The notes: generated by a model not told the origin, from the letters alone. DNA of 58,306 bases from an uncultured Nitrospinaceae bacterium (GCA_964558115.1 CAZLCI010000003.1:1-58306), one strand, 5' to 3'. Counted from the stretch's first letter, positions 41,134-52,872 are shown. Translations and numbers: made by a program.

Positions 41134-43569
41134 TTAAAGATTGTTGTCCTCTTCTATTCTAGCAAGCCCTGAGACTAAATCATCGTCTTTAACCTTAATA
41201 AGTCGTACGCCCTGTGTAGCTCGTCCTATAATTGAAACATCCGTAGATCTCAAACGAATAAGTTGTCCGCCCGTTGTGATAAGCATAAATTCATCATTTT
41301 CGCTTACTTTTCTTATTCCGATAACCAGTCCATTTTTTTCTGTTACTTTAATGTTAATAACTCCCTTGCCTCCCCTGTTTGTTACTCTATAATCATCAAT
41401 TCTGCCTCGTTTGCCAAATCCTAAAACTGTAACTGTTAAAATTATTTCTCCGGGCGAAACTACTTCCATTCCAACAACTTCATCATTGTCTCCAAGAGTA
41501 ATGCCCCGAACCCCCCTTCCTGTTCTTCCTATAGGCCTAGCTTTTTCCTCGGGAAATCTAATTGCTTTTCCGTTTCGTGTTCCAATAAAAATTTCTTGAT
41601 TTCCGTTAGTTTGACCTACACTCACCAACTCATCTCCATCATCCAGATTTAAGGCAATAATTCCAGAAGATCTCGGCCTACTGTAAGCAGAAAGTTGAGT
41701 TTTTTTCAAAACTCCTTTTTTAGTTGCCATAACTATATATTTGTCTAGCTCAAATTCTCTTATAGGTAAAATAGCCGTGGTTTCTTCCTCTTGTGAAAGA
41801 CGCAAGACATTAACAATAGATTTTCCCCTTGCCGTTCTCCCTGCTTGCGGAACTTCATGTACCTTCAGCCAGTAACACCTTCCTTTATTTGTAAAGAAAA
41901 GTAAATAATCATGTGTTGAGGCAACAAAAAGACTCTCTACAAAATCCTCTTCCTTTGTCCCCATTCCAACAATTCCTTTTCCTCCTCTTCGCTGAGATCT
42001 ATAAATAGCTATAGGATTTCTCTTAATATATCCTGTGTTTGAAATTGTAACGACCATGTCCTCCTTGGCAATCATGTCCTCTAATGAAATATCGCCCGTT
42101 TGGTCTTGAATTAAAGTCCTTCTTTCATCAGAAAATTTATCTTTTATTTCTAATAACTCATCTTTTATGATTTTCGTTTGTTTCTTCTTGTCAGCAAGTA
42201 TTTTTTCTAGTTCTTTAATTGTTTTGATTAGTTCAGCAAACTCTTTTTCAATTTTTTCTTGTTCTAATCCTGTTAATCTCTGAAGACGCATCTCAAGAAT
42301 CGCTTGTGACTGTATTTCCGTTAATGCAAATTTATCTATTAATCCACTTTTCGCCTCTTCTGGCGTCTGACTTCCTCGAATAAGCTTAATAATAGCGTCA
42401 ATATTCTTAAGGGCAATCAAGAAACCCTCTAAAATATGTGCCCTGTTTTCGGCTTTTTTAAGATCAAACCTAGTTCTTCTTAATATTATTTCTCTTCTAA
42501 ATCGAAGAAAGTGATTAAGAACTTCTCTAATATTCATTACTTGCGGTTGATTATTTACTAATGCGAGGAGTATCACACCAAAAGACATTTGCATTTGAGT
42601 AGATTTATATAGTTGATTTAGGACGACCTCTCCTATCGTTCCTCTTTTCAACTCAATAACCACCCTCATTCCATCTCTATCGCTTTCGTCCCGTATGTCC
42701 GAAATGTCTTTTATTTTTTGCTCTCTAACAAGATCTGCAATTTTTTCGATAAGTCTCGCCTTGTTAACCGTATAGGGGATTTCGGTAATAATTATCGATT
42801 CTCTTTCAGTCTTTTCGTCTTCTTCGACAAATGCTTTTGCTCTTAACTGCAAAGAGCCTCTGCCCGTTGAGTAATAGCTTTCTATTCCCTTTTTTCCGTT
42901 TATAATAGCGCCTGTTGGAAAATCAGGGCCTGGCATTACTTCTAAAATTTTTGTAATTTCTATATTTTCTTTGTCTAACACTAAAATAAGGGCCTCGCAG
43001 AGTTCGCCAAGATTGTGAGGAGGGATGTTTGTTGCCATTCCAACAGCTATTCCCGTAGAACCATTTAAAAGAAGATTTGGAATTCTTGAAGGTAGAACTG
43101 AAGGTTCTGTTCTAGTGTTGTCATAATTAGGAACATAATCAACTGTTTCTTTTTCAATATCAAAAAGCATTCTTTCTGCTAATTCCGTCATCCTTGCCTC
43201 TGTATATCGCATAGCCGCTGGAGGATCTCCATCTATAGAACCAAAATTTCCCTGTCCATCTACCAATAAACCCCTTAGAGAAAAATCCTGAGCCATTCTT
43301 GCGAGAGCTGGATAAACAACTGCCTCACCATGAGGGTGATAGTTTCCGCTCACGTCTCCAGATATTTTTGCACACTTCCTGTAAGCTTTGTTATGAGAAA
43401 GTCCAAGATCGTTTAGGGTGGTCAATATTCTTCTATGAACGGGCTTTAACCCATCTCGAACATCCGGTAAGGCCCGAGAGACAATCACGCTCATTGCATA
43501 CTCCATAAAAGAGGTGCTCATCTCATCTTCTATATTTACAATTTCTTTTTTTTCTTTATCTTCAGACAA
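41134..43569 (-). CDS. gyrA: DNA gyrase subunit A
   Basis: 811 aa with the blocks RALPDVRDGLKPVHRR and AAMRYTE (catalytic Tyr), plus C-terminal beta-pinwheel repeats. Confidence 0.97.
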   Translation of the reverse strand: MSEDKEKKEIVNIEDEMSTSFMEYAMSVIVSRALPDVRDGLKPVHRRILTTLNDLGLSHNKAYRKCAKISGDVSGNYHPHGEAVVYPALARMAQDFSLRGLLVDGQGNFGSIDGDPPAAMRYTEARMTELAERMLFDIEKETVDYVPNYDNTRTEPSVLPSRIPNLLLNGSTGIAVGMATNIPPHNLGELCEALILVLDKENIEITKILEVMPGPDFPTGAIINGKKGIESYYSTGRGSLQLRAKAFVEEDEKTERESIIITEIPYTVNKARLIEKIADLVREQKIKDISDIRDESDRDGMRVVIELKRGTIGEVVLNQLYKSTQMQMSFGVILLALVNNQPQVMNIREVLNHFLRFRREIILRRTRFDLKKAENRAHILEGFLIALKNIDAIIKLIRGSQTPEEAKSGLIDKFALTEIQSQAILEMRLQRLTGLEQEKIEKEFAELIKTIKELEKILADKKKQTKIIKDELLEIKDKFSDERRTLIQDQTGDISLEDMIAKEDMVVTISNTGYIKRNPIAIYRSQRRGGKGIVGMGTKEEDFVESLFVASTHDYLLFFTNKGRCYWLKVHEVPQAGRTARGKSIVNVLRLSQEEETTAILPIREFELDKYIVMATKKGVLKKTQLSAYSRPRSSGIIALNLDDGDELVSVGQTNGNQEIFIGTRNGKAIRFPEEKARPIGRTGRGVRGITLGDNDEVVGMEVVSPGEIILTVTVLGFGKRGRIDDYRVTNRGGKGVINIKVTEKNGLVIGIRKVSENDEFMLITTGGQLIRLRSTDVSIIGRATQGVRLIKVKDDDLVSGLARIEEDNNL

Positions 43570-43598
43570 AATTATATCCTTGGGGCGATAAAATTATT

Positions 43599-46097
<2,499 letters not shown>

Positions 46098-46113
46098 CTA
46101 AAAAATTGAGGGT

Positions 46114-47232
46114 TTAATAAACAAACCCCTTGCCTGAGTCTAAGTCAAAAAGGGAGTATGCTTCGGGCGGGCTTTTTGTTTCTGGTTTTTCTGTTGAGGT
46201 TATAAAAACCTGTGAATCACCAGACATTAAATATTCTACCACACTTTGTCTTTTTTCACGATCAAGTTCCGAACTCATGTCGTCAAAAAGGTATATTAAA
46301 TTTTCTCCTGAAATTTCTTTGCAAACATCTGAAATGGCAAGCAGAATTAAAATTATAACTAACCTTTGCTCACCCTGGGATGCACTTTCTCTAGAGTTTG
46401 CTCCATTTAAATATATAACAAAATCGTCTAAATGTGGACCCAGGCATGTTTGTTTTTTTATTTTTTCCTCTCCTTTCTTTTTTTCATATTCTTCTTTGAT
46501 TGTTTCTAGGGCGGGTGTTTTGTTTTCTTTTTTGTCGTAGTTACTTAGGTTTTTTGAGTAAAAAACCTCAATGTTTTTTTTCATTCCAAGGGTTTTTTTT
46601 AGTGGTGTTAGTTTTTTTTCAAGAAGTTCTAAAAAACCGTTTCTTTTTATTAAAATTTTTGATGCGCAAGAAAAAAAACGATTATTCCAAACCTCTAGTA
46701 GACCGTTGTCTAATTTATGTTTGAGGATTTTGTTTCTTTCTCTAAGAATTCTTAAATATTCCTTGTTCTCAATTAGGTAATGTGGATCTATCAAGGCAAT
46801 AGCCCTGTCAAAAAAATTTCTCCTAAAAACAGGACTGTCCTTGATTACTCTTAAACTGTCTGGAAAAAAAACCATAGTACTAACTGAATGGAGGTAATTG
46901 ATCAGGTTTTGCTCTGTTTTGTCGTTTAATCTATAAATTCTTCTTTGTTCGTCAAACGAAGCTTCAAGTTTAATGGTTTTATTTGTACTGTCACTATAAA
47001 AAGATCCGCCTACATACATGCTGCCAGCGTCTTCTTTAACTAAGCTCGCCCTTTTTTTCGTTCTGAATGATTTCAAGTTTGTTAAGAAATAAATCGATTC
47101 TACGAGATTTGTTTTACCAGAACCGTTTTTTCCATAAATATAGTTAAGTTCAGGATGAAATTCTGTTTGCAAGGATTCGTAGTTTCTGAAATTTTTGAGT
47201 TTAACTGATTTTATTTTCAGAGTTTTCCTCAA
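46114..47232 (-). CDS. recF: DNA replication/repair protein RecF
   Basis: 372 aa with the N-terminal block LKNFRNY...GKNGSGKTNLVESIYFL, an SMC-like signature (SQGEQR) and Walker B (LFDDMSSELD). The start is a TTG. Confidence 0.9.
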   Translation of the reverse strand: MRKTLKIKSVKLKNFRNYESLQTEFHPELNYIYGKNGSGKTNLVESIYFLTNLKSFRTKKRASLVKEDAGSMYVGGSFYSDSTNKTIKLEASFDEQRRIYRLNDKTEQNLINYLHSVSTMVFFPDSLRVIKDSPVFRRNFFDRAIALIDPHYLIENKEYLRILRERNKILKHKLDNGLLEVWNNRFFSCASKILIKRNGFLELLEKKLTPLKKTLGMKKNIEVFYSKNLSNYDKKENKTPALETIKEEYEKKKGEEKIKKQTCLGPHLDDFVIYLNGANSRESASQGEQRLVIILILLAISDVCKEISGENLIYLFDDMSSELDREKRQSVVEYLMSGDSQVFITSTEKPETKSPPEAYSLFDLDSGKGFVY

Positions 47233-47443
47233 TTTCTATTATTTTTTTATTTATATATATTTATATAGTAGTAATAGTAGCGGTGTTTGTTTTGTTGAAA
47301 ACCAAAAAAAGACTAAAATATCAACACTTTACAACACAAAAAGCAATTAAATTTTTGTTTATATCCTGTTTGTTTTGTTGATAAGTGTTTGTTTTTTTGT
47401 CTTTTTAAACATATATTAACAAAACAAAAACAACTTATTCACA
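47233..47443. other. Candidate replication origin (oriC) region: AT-rich tract, direct 15-mer repeat and DnaA-box-like sites
   Basis: There is an AT-only run at about 47233-47275. An identical 15-mer, TGTTTGTTTTGTTGA, occurs at 47284-47298 and 47367-47381. TTATTCACA at 47435-47443 fits the TTATNCACA consensus. TTATCAACA lies on the minus strand at 47376-47384. ATATCAACA lies at 47318-47326. Confidence 0.35.
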
Positions 47444-48761
47444 AAGATTCTATTTTTTCAATTAGAGAGTTTACGGTTGAGGCGATAGAGGTGTTTTCTT
47501 TTATTTGTCTTGTTATTTTGTTTGTCGAGTGAATAACTGTAGAATGATCTTTCCCCCCAAACCTTGCCCCAATCTCTGTGGTTGAAGCGGCCGAAAGCTT
47601 TCTTGAAAGATACATAGCAATTTGCCTTGGTTCGGCAAAAATCCTAGATCTGTTTTTCGATTTCAGATCCGAAACCCTAACCTGGAAGAACTCTGCAACT
47701 ATTTTTTGAATTTCATCAATCGAGATGCCTTTTTGTGGGTCTCTTATGGTGTTTTTGAGTATTTCTTTGGCGTCGTCTATGTTTATCTCGGTTCCGTGAA
47801 GAGAGGAGTGGAAAACCAGTTTCACCAAACACCCTTCCAGCTCCCTGATGTTTGACCTAACCTTTTCTGCTATAAAATGTGCAACATCTTTCTGGATGTC
47901 AAAGTTGAGTTCAGATGCCTTTTTTTGAATTATTGCGACTTTTGTTTCAAAGTCCGGGGCCCCAATGTCGGCCATTATTCCCCAAACAAACCTAGCTTTC
48001 AGTCTCTCTGCAAGCCCAGGTGTGTCTTTTGGGTTTTTGTCGCTGGTCATTATGATTTGCTTTCCGGACTCATGCAGGGCGTTGAATGTAAAGAAGAACT
48101 CTTCTTGTGTTCTCTCTTTGCCCGCTATAAACTGAATATCGTCAATTAAAAGGTAGTCTATTTTTCTGTATCTTGAGCGAAAATCCACCATTTTGTTTTT
48201 TTGTATTGATGAAATTAAATCGTTTATAAAGTTTTCGGATGACGTATAAAAAACTTTCGCCCGCTCTTTTTTTTCTAAAACCTGATGTCCTATGGCATGG
48301 AGGAGGTGTGTTTTGCCAAGACCAACGCCACCGTAAATAAAAAGAGGGTTTAGGTTTTTTGTTGAGTCTTCAATGATCTGGAGGCTACAGGCGTGCGCAA
48401 ATTCGTTTGACGCCCCTACAACGAAACTATCAAAGGTATATTTGGGATTCAAAAATTTAGGCTTCTTGGGTTTGATTAGGATTTTTTCAGGCCCACCTTC
48501 TTCCCTCGCCTCAATCTTCTTTTGTGCTTTTGAGGGCACAAACCTAAGCCCAGAAATGGAGTTCTCAAGGCTTACAACTTCTTCTATGATAGCCGAAAAA
48601 CGATTGGTGATAGTTTCGACACAAAATGAATCAGGAACTTCCACAAAAAGTTCTTTTTCATTTAAAAATATTGGCCTTGTGTTTTTAAACCACCTTTCAA
48701 ACGCTTCTTCTGAAACGCCTTTTTTTATTCCAAGTAAACAGTTGTCCCAGGCTTCTATCAT
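47439..48761 (-). CDS. dnaA: Chromosomal replication initiator DnaA
   Basis: 440 aa with the AAA+ Walker A (GGVGLGKTHLLHAIG), LLIDDIQF, and the C-terminal DnaA-box binding domain (RQIAMYLSRKL...GGKDHSTV). Confidence 0.95.
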   Translation of the reverse strand: MIEAWDNCLLGIKKGVSEEAFERWFKNTRPIFLNEKELFVEVPDSFCVETITNRFSAIIEEVVSLENSISGLRFVPSKAQKKIEAREEGGPEKILIKPKKPKFLNPKYTFDSFVVGASNEFAHACSLQIIEDSTKNLNPLFIYGGVGLGKTHLLHAIGHQVLEKKERAKVFYTSSENFINDLISSIQKNKMVDFRSRYRKIDYLLIDDIQFIAGKERTQEEFFFTFNALHESGKQIIMTSDKNPKDTPGLAERLKARFVWGIMADIGAPDFETKVAIIQKKASELNFDIQKDVAHFIAEKVRSNIRELEGCLVKLVFHSSLHGTEINIDDAKEILKNTIRDPQKGISIDEIQKIVAEFFQVRVSDLKSKNRSRIFAEPRQIAMYLSRKLSAASTTEIGARFGGKDHSTVIHSTNKITRQIKENTSIASTVNSLIEKIESL

Positions 48762-48917
48762 TTTTTCACTGTAAAAAGGGTTTAATTAATGCTCAACAAT
48801 CTAACAATTTTAATCAAAAAAACCAATACTTTATTTTTATAAATACTCAAAAAACTTTCAAACAAAAACTTTTTATTTTTTTCAAGATAATGTGGGGGCC
48901 GTTTTGTTTAACTTTCC

Positions 48918-48945
48918 TTGACAAAAGCAACCCTAGTCGGATACT
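48918..48945 (+). promoter_or_regulatory. Candidate sigma70-type promoter for rpmH-rnpA-yidD-yidC
   Basis: TTGACA at 48918-48923, a 16-nt spacer, and GATACT at 48940-48945. It lies about 40 nt upstream of the rpmH start. Confidence 0.4.
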
Positions 48946-48984
48946 TTGCAACAGTTTTTCTTATTAAATTTTATGAGGTGTTGG

Positions 48985-49125
48985 GTGAAGAGAACTTATC
49001 AGCCAAACAGAAACAAAAGAATTAAAACTCACGGCTTTAGAAAAAGGATGTCAACTACCGGCGGAAGATCTATAATGAATCGCCGTCGTGGCAAGGGAAG
49101 AAAGCGTTTAACTGTTTCTGGCTAG
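48985..49125 (+). CDS. rpmH: 50S ribosomal protein L34
   Basis: This gene is not in the ORF track because it is under 60 aa. The GTG start has a GAGGTG SD. The translation is (M)[45 protein letters not shown], the classic L34 sequence. It lies upstream of rnpA. Confidence 0.9.
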   Translation: MKRTYQPNRNKRIKTHGFRKRMSTTGGRSIMNRRRGKGRKRLTVSG

Positions 49126-49128
49126 AAA

Positions 49129-49515
49129 GTGATGGCAATTTATTGTTTAAGAGGAAAAGATTCCTTGAGATTTCCGCCTGAACTCCGGATACGGTCCTCT
49201 TCCGATTTTGTTGCTGCAAAAAAAGGGAAGAGGCTAGACTCCTATTCATTTTCTCTCTATGTGCACAAAAGTAAGCTTAATAGGACCCGCTTGGGACTTA
49301 TAGTCTCTAAAAAAGTAGGTAATTCAGTTAAGAGAAATCGTACAAAAAGGGTTTTGAGGGAAGTGTTTAAGAATGTTTTTCCTGGCCTTAAGAGTGGTTA
49401 TGATTTGGTAATTATCGCAAAACGTGAAGTAGTGGAAAGAAGTTTTGAGGAATTAATAAAAGAACTTGATAATTCTTTGTTTATTAATAAAAACACAAAA
49501 AGGACAAAGGGGTGA
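49129..49515 (+). CDS. rnpA: Ribonuclease P protein component
   Basis: 128 aa and basic, lying directly after rpmH. It has an RnpA-like core (LGLIVSKKVGNSVKRNRTKRVLRE). The start is the GTG at 49129 or the ATG at 49132. Confidence 0.85.
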   Translation: MMAIYCLRGKDSLRFPPELRIRSSSDFVAAKKGKRLDSYSFSLYVHKSKLNRTRLGLIVSKKVGNSVKRNRTKRVLREVFKNVFPGLKSGYDLVIIAKREVVERSFEELIKELDNSLFINKNTKRTKG

Positions 49516-49757
49516 ATTTTTTTTTAAAACCGCTAACCTTTTTCTTTGTTTTTTTTATAAAATTGTATCGCCTGCTAATTTCCCCTATTCTGCCCGGAAC
49601 CTGCAGGTTTACACCGAGTTGCTCTGAATATGCATTACAGGCTTTTGCTGCTTACGGCCCCTTTCGGGCTCTTTGGCTTGTCATTAAAAGGATTTTTAGA
49701 TGCAACCCGTTCTGCGAGGGTGGGCACGATCCCATAAAGCAAAATTTAAAGGATTAA
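49512..49757 (+). CDS. yidD: Membrane protein insertion efficiency factor YidD
   Basis: 81 aa with the conserved block CRFTPSCSEYA. It has a GTGA start/stop overlap with rnpA. Confidence 0.9.
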   Translation: MNFFLKPLTFFFVFFIKLYRLLISPILPGTCRFTPSCSEYALQAFAAYGPFRALWLVIKRIFRCNPFCEGGHDPIKQNLKD

Positions 49758-49764
49758 ATTAAAA

Positions 49765-51453
49765 ATGGAAAAAAATGCTATTTTAGCTGCCGTTCTTTCT
49801 TTGGCTGTACTGTTGGGGTGGCAGTATTTTTTTGTTCCGCAAGTGCCCCAGAAGAAAAAGGTTGTCGAAACAAGAACGCTGCCAAAAGAAAAGCGGCTCT
49901 CGGGGCAGAAGAGATCTATAACAGACAGGGCAATCACCATTTCGCCCAAGAAAAGCCATGCTCTTGTGGCTAAGAACCTAAAAGGAAGCAAGAAGTCTTT
50001 GCCAAAAAATTTTAAGGAGGTTCTAGTTAAGGTTGATGTCGGCAATGCGGTCTATGGTTTGTCAAATCATGGCGCAGGTTTTGTACAGATGCAACTGAAT
50101 GATTATAAAGACGACAAGGGCAGGCTTATTGATCTGGCTAAAGGGTTTTATCCTGACCTAAAACCGTTGTTTTTTTGGGGAAAAGGAAGCGGAATATTAA
50201 ACCGTTCTGTTTATAAGGTTTATGTTAATGGACAAGAGGTAACAGAAAACAAAACAATAAAAATTAGCCCCAAAAAAGGAAGCCAAAAAGTTTCTTTTGT
50301 TTTAGAGGGCAGAAACCAAGGTCAGGTCGAAAAGACCTTGGTCTTTAGCGCCGGAAGCTACAGGATACCCACTACGATTCTCCTTCGTAACACAAAAGGC
50401 ATGGGCGCTATTGGAGTTGCCCTTGGTCCTTCGGTTGGAGGGAGCGACGGCGACACTTACGGTGGCGTTATAGAAGGGCCGATGTCTTTTGTAGACAAGG
50501 ATATTGTTTATGATAATCCAGAGTCTGACAATGAACAGCCAAAATATGACAAAAACGTCAAATGGACTTCCTTGCAGTCTAAATATTTCATAACAGCCCT
50601 AGTCCCAAGAACTGGTTCGGGTGGAGCTCAGATAAATCTTTTGAAGGCAAACAAAGACAAGGCGAATGATTATGCGGCCATAGTGCCTTTGCGATTAGAA
50701 AACTCAAGGGTTTTGGCAACCATGGACTTATATGCTGGCCCAAAGGAGGTTCAGCGCATGTCTAAATTAGGCGTTATGTTAGAAGAGTCTCTCGATTACG
50801 GAATTTTTTCTTTTGTTGCCTCACCCCTTATCTCGCTTCTAAGAATATGCAATGCCGTGACAATGAACTGGGGGCTTGCAATAATTCTTTTAACCATAAT
50901 CATAAAGCTCATTTTTTATCCACTTACACATTTTAGCATGAAGAACATGAAGGGTATGCAAAAGCTACAGCCTAAGATGGCGCAGATTCGGGAGATTTAC
51001 AAAGACGACAAAACCAAAATGAACCAGCAGCTCATGTCTTTGTATAAAGAAAATAAAGTGAACCCCATGATGGGTTGCCTCCCAATGTTAATACAAATGC
51101 CTATTTTTTTTGGTTTATACGAGGGACTTCTGGTTGCTATAGAAATTCGAAACGCCCCTTTCTTTTGGTGGATTACAGATCTTTCAAAGCAAGATCCATA
51201 TCATGTCTATACGATCTTGATGGGGATTTCAATGTTTATACAACAAAAAATGACCCCCACAGCAGGAGATCCTTCTCAGGCCAAAATGATGATGTTTATG
51301 CCTATAATTTTCTGTGGAATGTTTATTTTCTACCCTGTTCCTTCAGGCCTTGTTATTTACTGGTTTGTGAACAATGTTCTTTCAATCGCACAACAGTTTT
51401 TCGTGAATCGAACTGTGCAAACCCCGAAACTTGCAGAAGAAAAAGAATCGTAA
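49765..51453 (+). CDS. yidC: Membrane protein insertase YidC (with a large periplasmic P1 domain)
   Basis: 562 aa with one TM segment, a periplasmic domain of about 300 aa, and the conserved 60-kDa IMP core (WGLAIILLTIIIKLIFYPL, NPMMGCLPMLIQMPIFFGLY, GLVIYWFVNN). Confidence 0.95.
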   Translation: MEKNAILAAVLSLAVLLGWQYFFVPQVPQKKKVVETRTLPKEKRLSGQKRSITDRAITISPKKSHALVAKNLKGSKKSLPKNFKEVLVKVDVGNAVYGLSNHGAGFVQMQLNDYKDDKGRLIDLAKGFYPDLKPLFFWGKGSGILNRSVYKVYVNGQEVTENKTIKISPKKGSQKVSFVLEGRNQGQVEKTLVFSAGSYRIPTTILLRNTKGMGAIGVALGPSVGGSDGDTYGGVIEGPMSFVDKDIVYDNPESDNEQPKYDKNVKWTSLQSKYFITALVPRTGSGGAQINLLKANKDKANDYAAIVPLRLENSRVLATMDLYAGPKEVQRMSKLGVMLEESLDYGIFSFVASPLISLLRICNAVTMNWGLAIILLTIIIKLIFYPLTHFSMKNMKGMQKLQPKMAQIREIYKDDKTKMNQQLMSLYKENKVNPMMGCLPMLIQMPIFFGLYEGLLVAIEIRNAPFFWWITDLSKQDPYHVYTILMGISMFIQQKMTPTAGDPSQAKMMMFMPIIFCGMFIFYPVPSGLVIYWFVNNVLSIAQQFFVNRTVQTPKLAEEKES

Positions 51454-51478
51454 CTTTTAAAAAATCTGGCCAAAACCC

Positions 51479-52114
51479 ATGAATATTTTCGGTTTAAAAA
51501 TAAAACAAGGACCTGTAGTTTTTACCGTTGCCGTTTTTTTCGTTGTGGGATTTATTAATTACTACACAAAGGCTCGATACAACCCAAAGCCTTTTGTGCA
51601 AAAGATTTGTCCGCCTCAAAAAGTATGTGTTTTAGAATTTTCTGACTACGGCTGACCTGACTGTGCCTTGGTGCAGGATGCGCTTATTAAAATCGAAAAA
51701 AAATACAACGGCCGCGTAGTAGTGAAAAAATTTGCCTTTCCTCTCTCCGAAGCGACCTTTGGAGCAACCGAAGCAGTTCTGTGTGTAAAGAGTTCTGGCA
51801 AAAGAAAAATCATGAGTGGTCTGATATACAAAAACCAAGGGAAATGGAAGAACAATCGGTATCCCGAGTCTTTGTGGAAATCGTACGCAAAAAAAAGCGG
51901 CGCAGATTTGACTAGATGGGAAAAATGCATAAAGCAAAAAGACAGTTCAAAAAGAATAAAGAAATCTAGAGATTTGGGGCTGGGTTTAGGTGTAAGGGTT
52001 ACGCCTACCTTTTTTATTGGGGAGATAAAAATGGAAGGATCTAGGTCTATTGGGCAACTCAAAAGAGTAATAGAGAGAAACGTTTTAAAGCTAAACGAAA
52101 GAGCTAGGAAATGA
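51479..52114 (+). CDS. Membrane-anchored DsbA-family thiol:disulfide oxidoreductase, predicted selenoprotein (U-P-D-C; Sec codon TGA at 51653-51655)
   Basis: The ATG at 51479 opens MNIFGLKIKQGPVVFTVAVFFVVGFINYY...VCVLEFSDYG-TGA-PDCA. This is in frame with the track ORF 51668-52114, which continues LVQDAL...GVRVTPTFFIGE. Together they reconstitute the DsbA hallmark FSDY-x-CPxC and the cis-Pro TPTFF loop. Confidence 0.75.
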
Positions 52115-52872
52115 AAAAAAGACCCTCAATTTTTGGACAATTAGCCGTTGTGACAGGAGCTGCGTCTGGTATAGGGGAGGCGGTTGTGTCTCGCTTTGCA
52201 GACGAAGGGGCGAGGATAGCTCTTCTAGATAAAGACAAAAAAAAAGGAGAGTCTCTTAGTCAATATCTTTCTTCTGAAGGCGTCAATGCAAAGTTCTATG
52301 AATGTGATGTTACACAAGAAAGGTCAGTGAGTACGACGTTTGATTTAATTTTAAAAAATTTGGGATCAATTCAAATTTTAATAAACTGCGCCGGTGGTTT
52401 TTTTGAAAATCCATCTCTTGAAACTGTTACAGAAAGTCACTGGGAAGAAGTCCTTGAATTGAACTTAAAATCGGTTTATTTGTGCTCAAGAAGAGCAGTT
52501 CCTTCAATGAAAGAATCGAAATATGGAAGAATAGTTAACGTTTCCTCTCAAACCGCTCGCGAAGGGTTAGTGGAAACGTCGTTGCCATATGGAGCCGCTA
52601 AAGCCGGAGTTTTGGGTTTAACTAGAAGGCTTGCTAGCGAACTCGCCTTAGATGGAATTACAGTCAACGCGGTTGCTCCTGGAGTAGTTTTATCTCCGAG
52701 GGTTGCCGAACTACACAAAGAAAGGCTACCCAGGCTCATGTCTGAAATCCCTATGAATCGTGCGGGAGGGGCGGAAGAGATTGCTGACGGGATTTGGTAT
52801 TTGTCTACCCCCGGCGCATCTTATATAACCGGGGTTACACTTGACATTAACGGCGGCCGGTATATGGGATAA
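52111..52872 (+). CDS. Short-chain dehydrogenase/reductase (FabG-like)
   Basis: 253 aa with TGAASGIGEA, NCAG and the catalytic S...YGAAK motifs. It has an ATGA start/stop overlap with the preceding DsbA-like gene. Confidence 0.85.
   Translation: MKKRPSIFGQLAVVTGAASGIGEAVVSRFADEGARIALLDKDKKKGESLSQYLSSEGVNAKFYECDVTQERSVSTTFDLILKNLGSIQILINCAGGFFENPSLETVTESHWEEVLELNLKSVYLCSRRAVPSMKESKYGRIVNVSSQTAREGLVETSLPYGAAKAGVLGLTRRLASELALDGITVNAVAPGVVLSPRVAELHKERLPRLMSEIPMNRAGGAEEIADGIWYLSTPGASYITGVTLDINGGRYMG

Noticed and set aside
47233-47438. Reading the repeated TGTTTGTTTTGTTGA motifs as a CRISPR array, a mobile-element end or a degraded dnaN.
   Set aside because: There are only two exact copies and no regular repeat-spacer periodicity. 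I saw no terminal inverted repeats or a transposase. The gap of 206 nt is too short to retain a dnaN remnant, and it has no ORF with clamp-like sequence.
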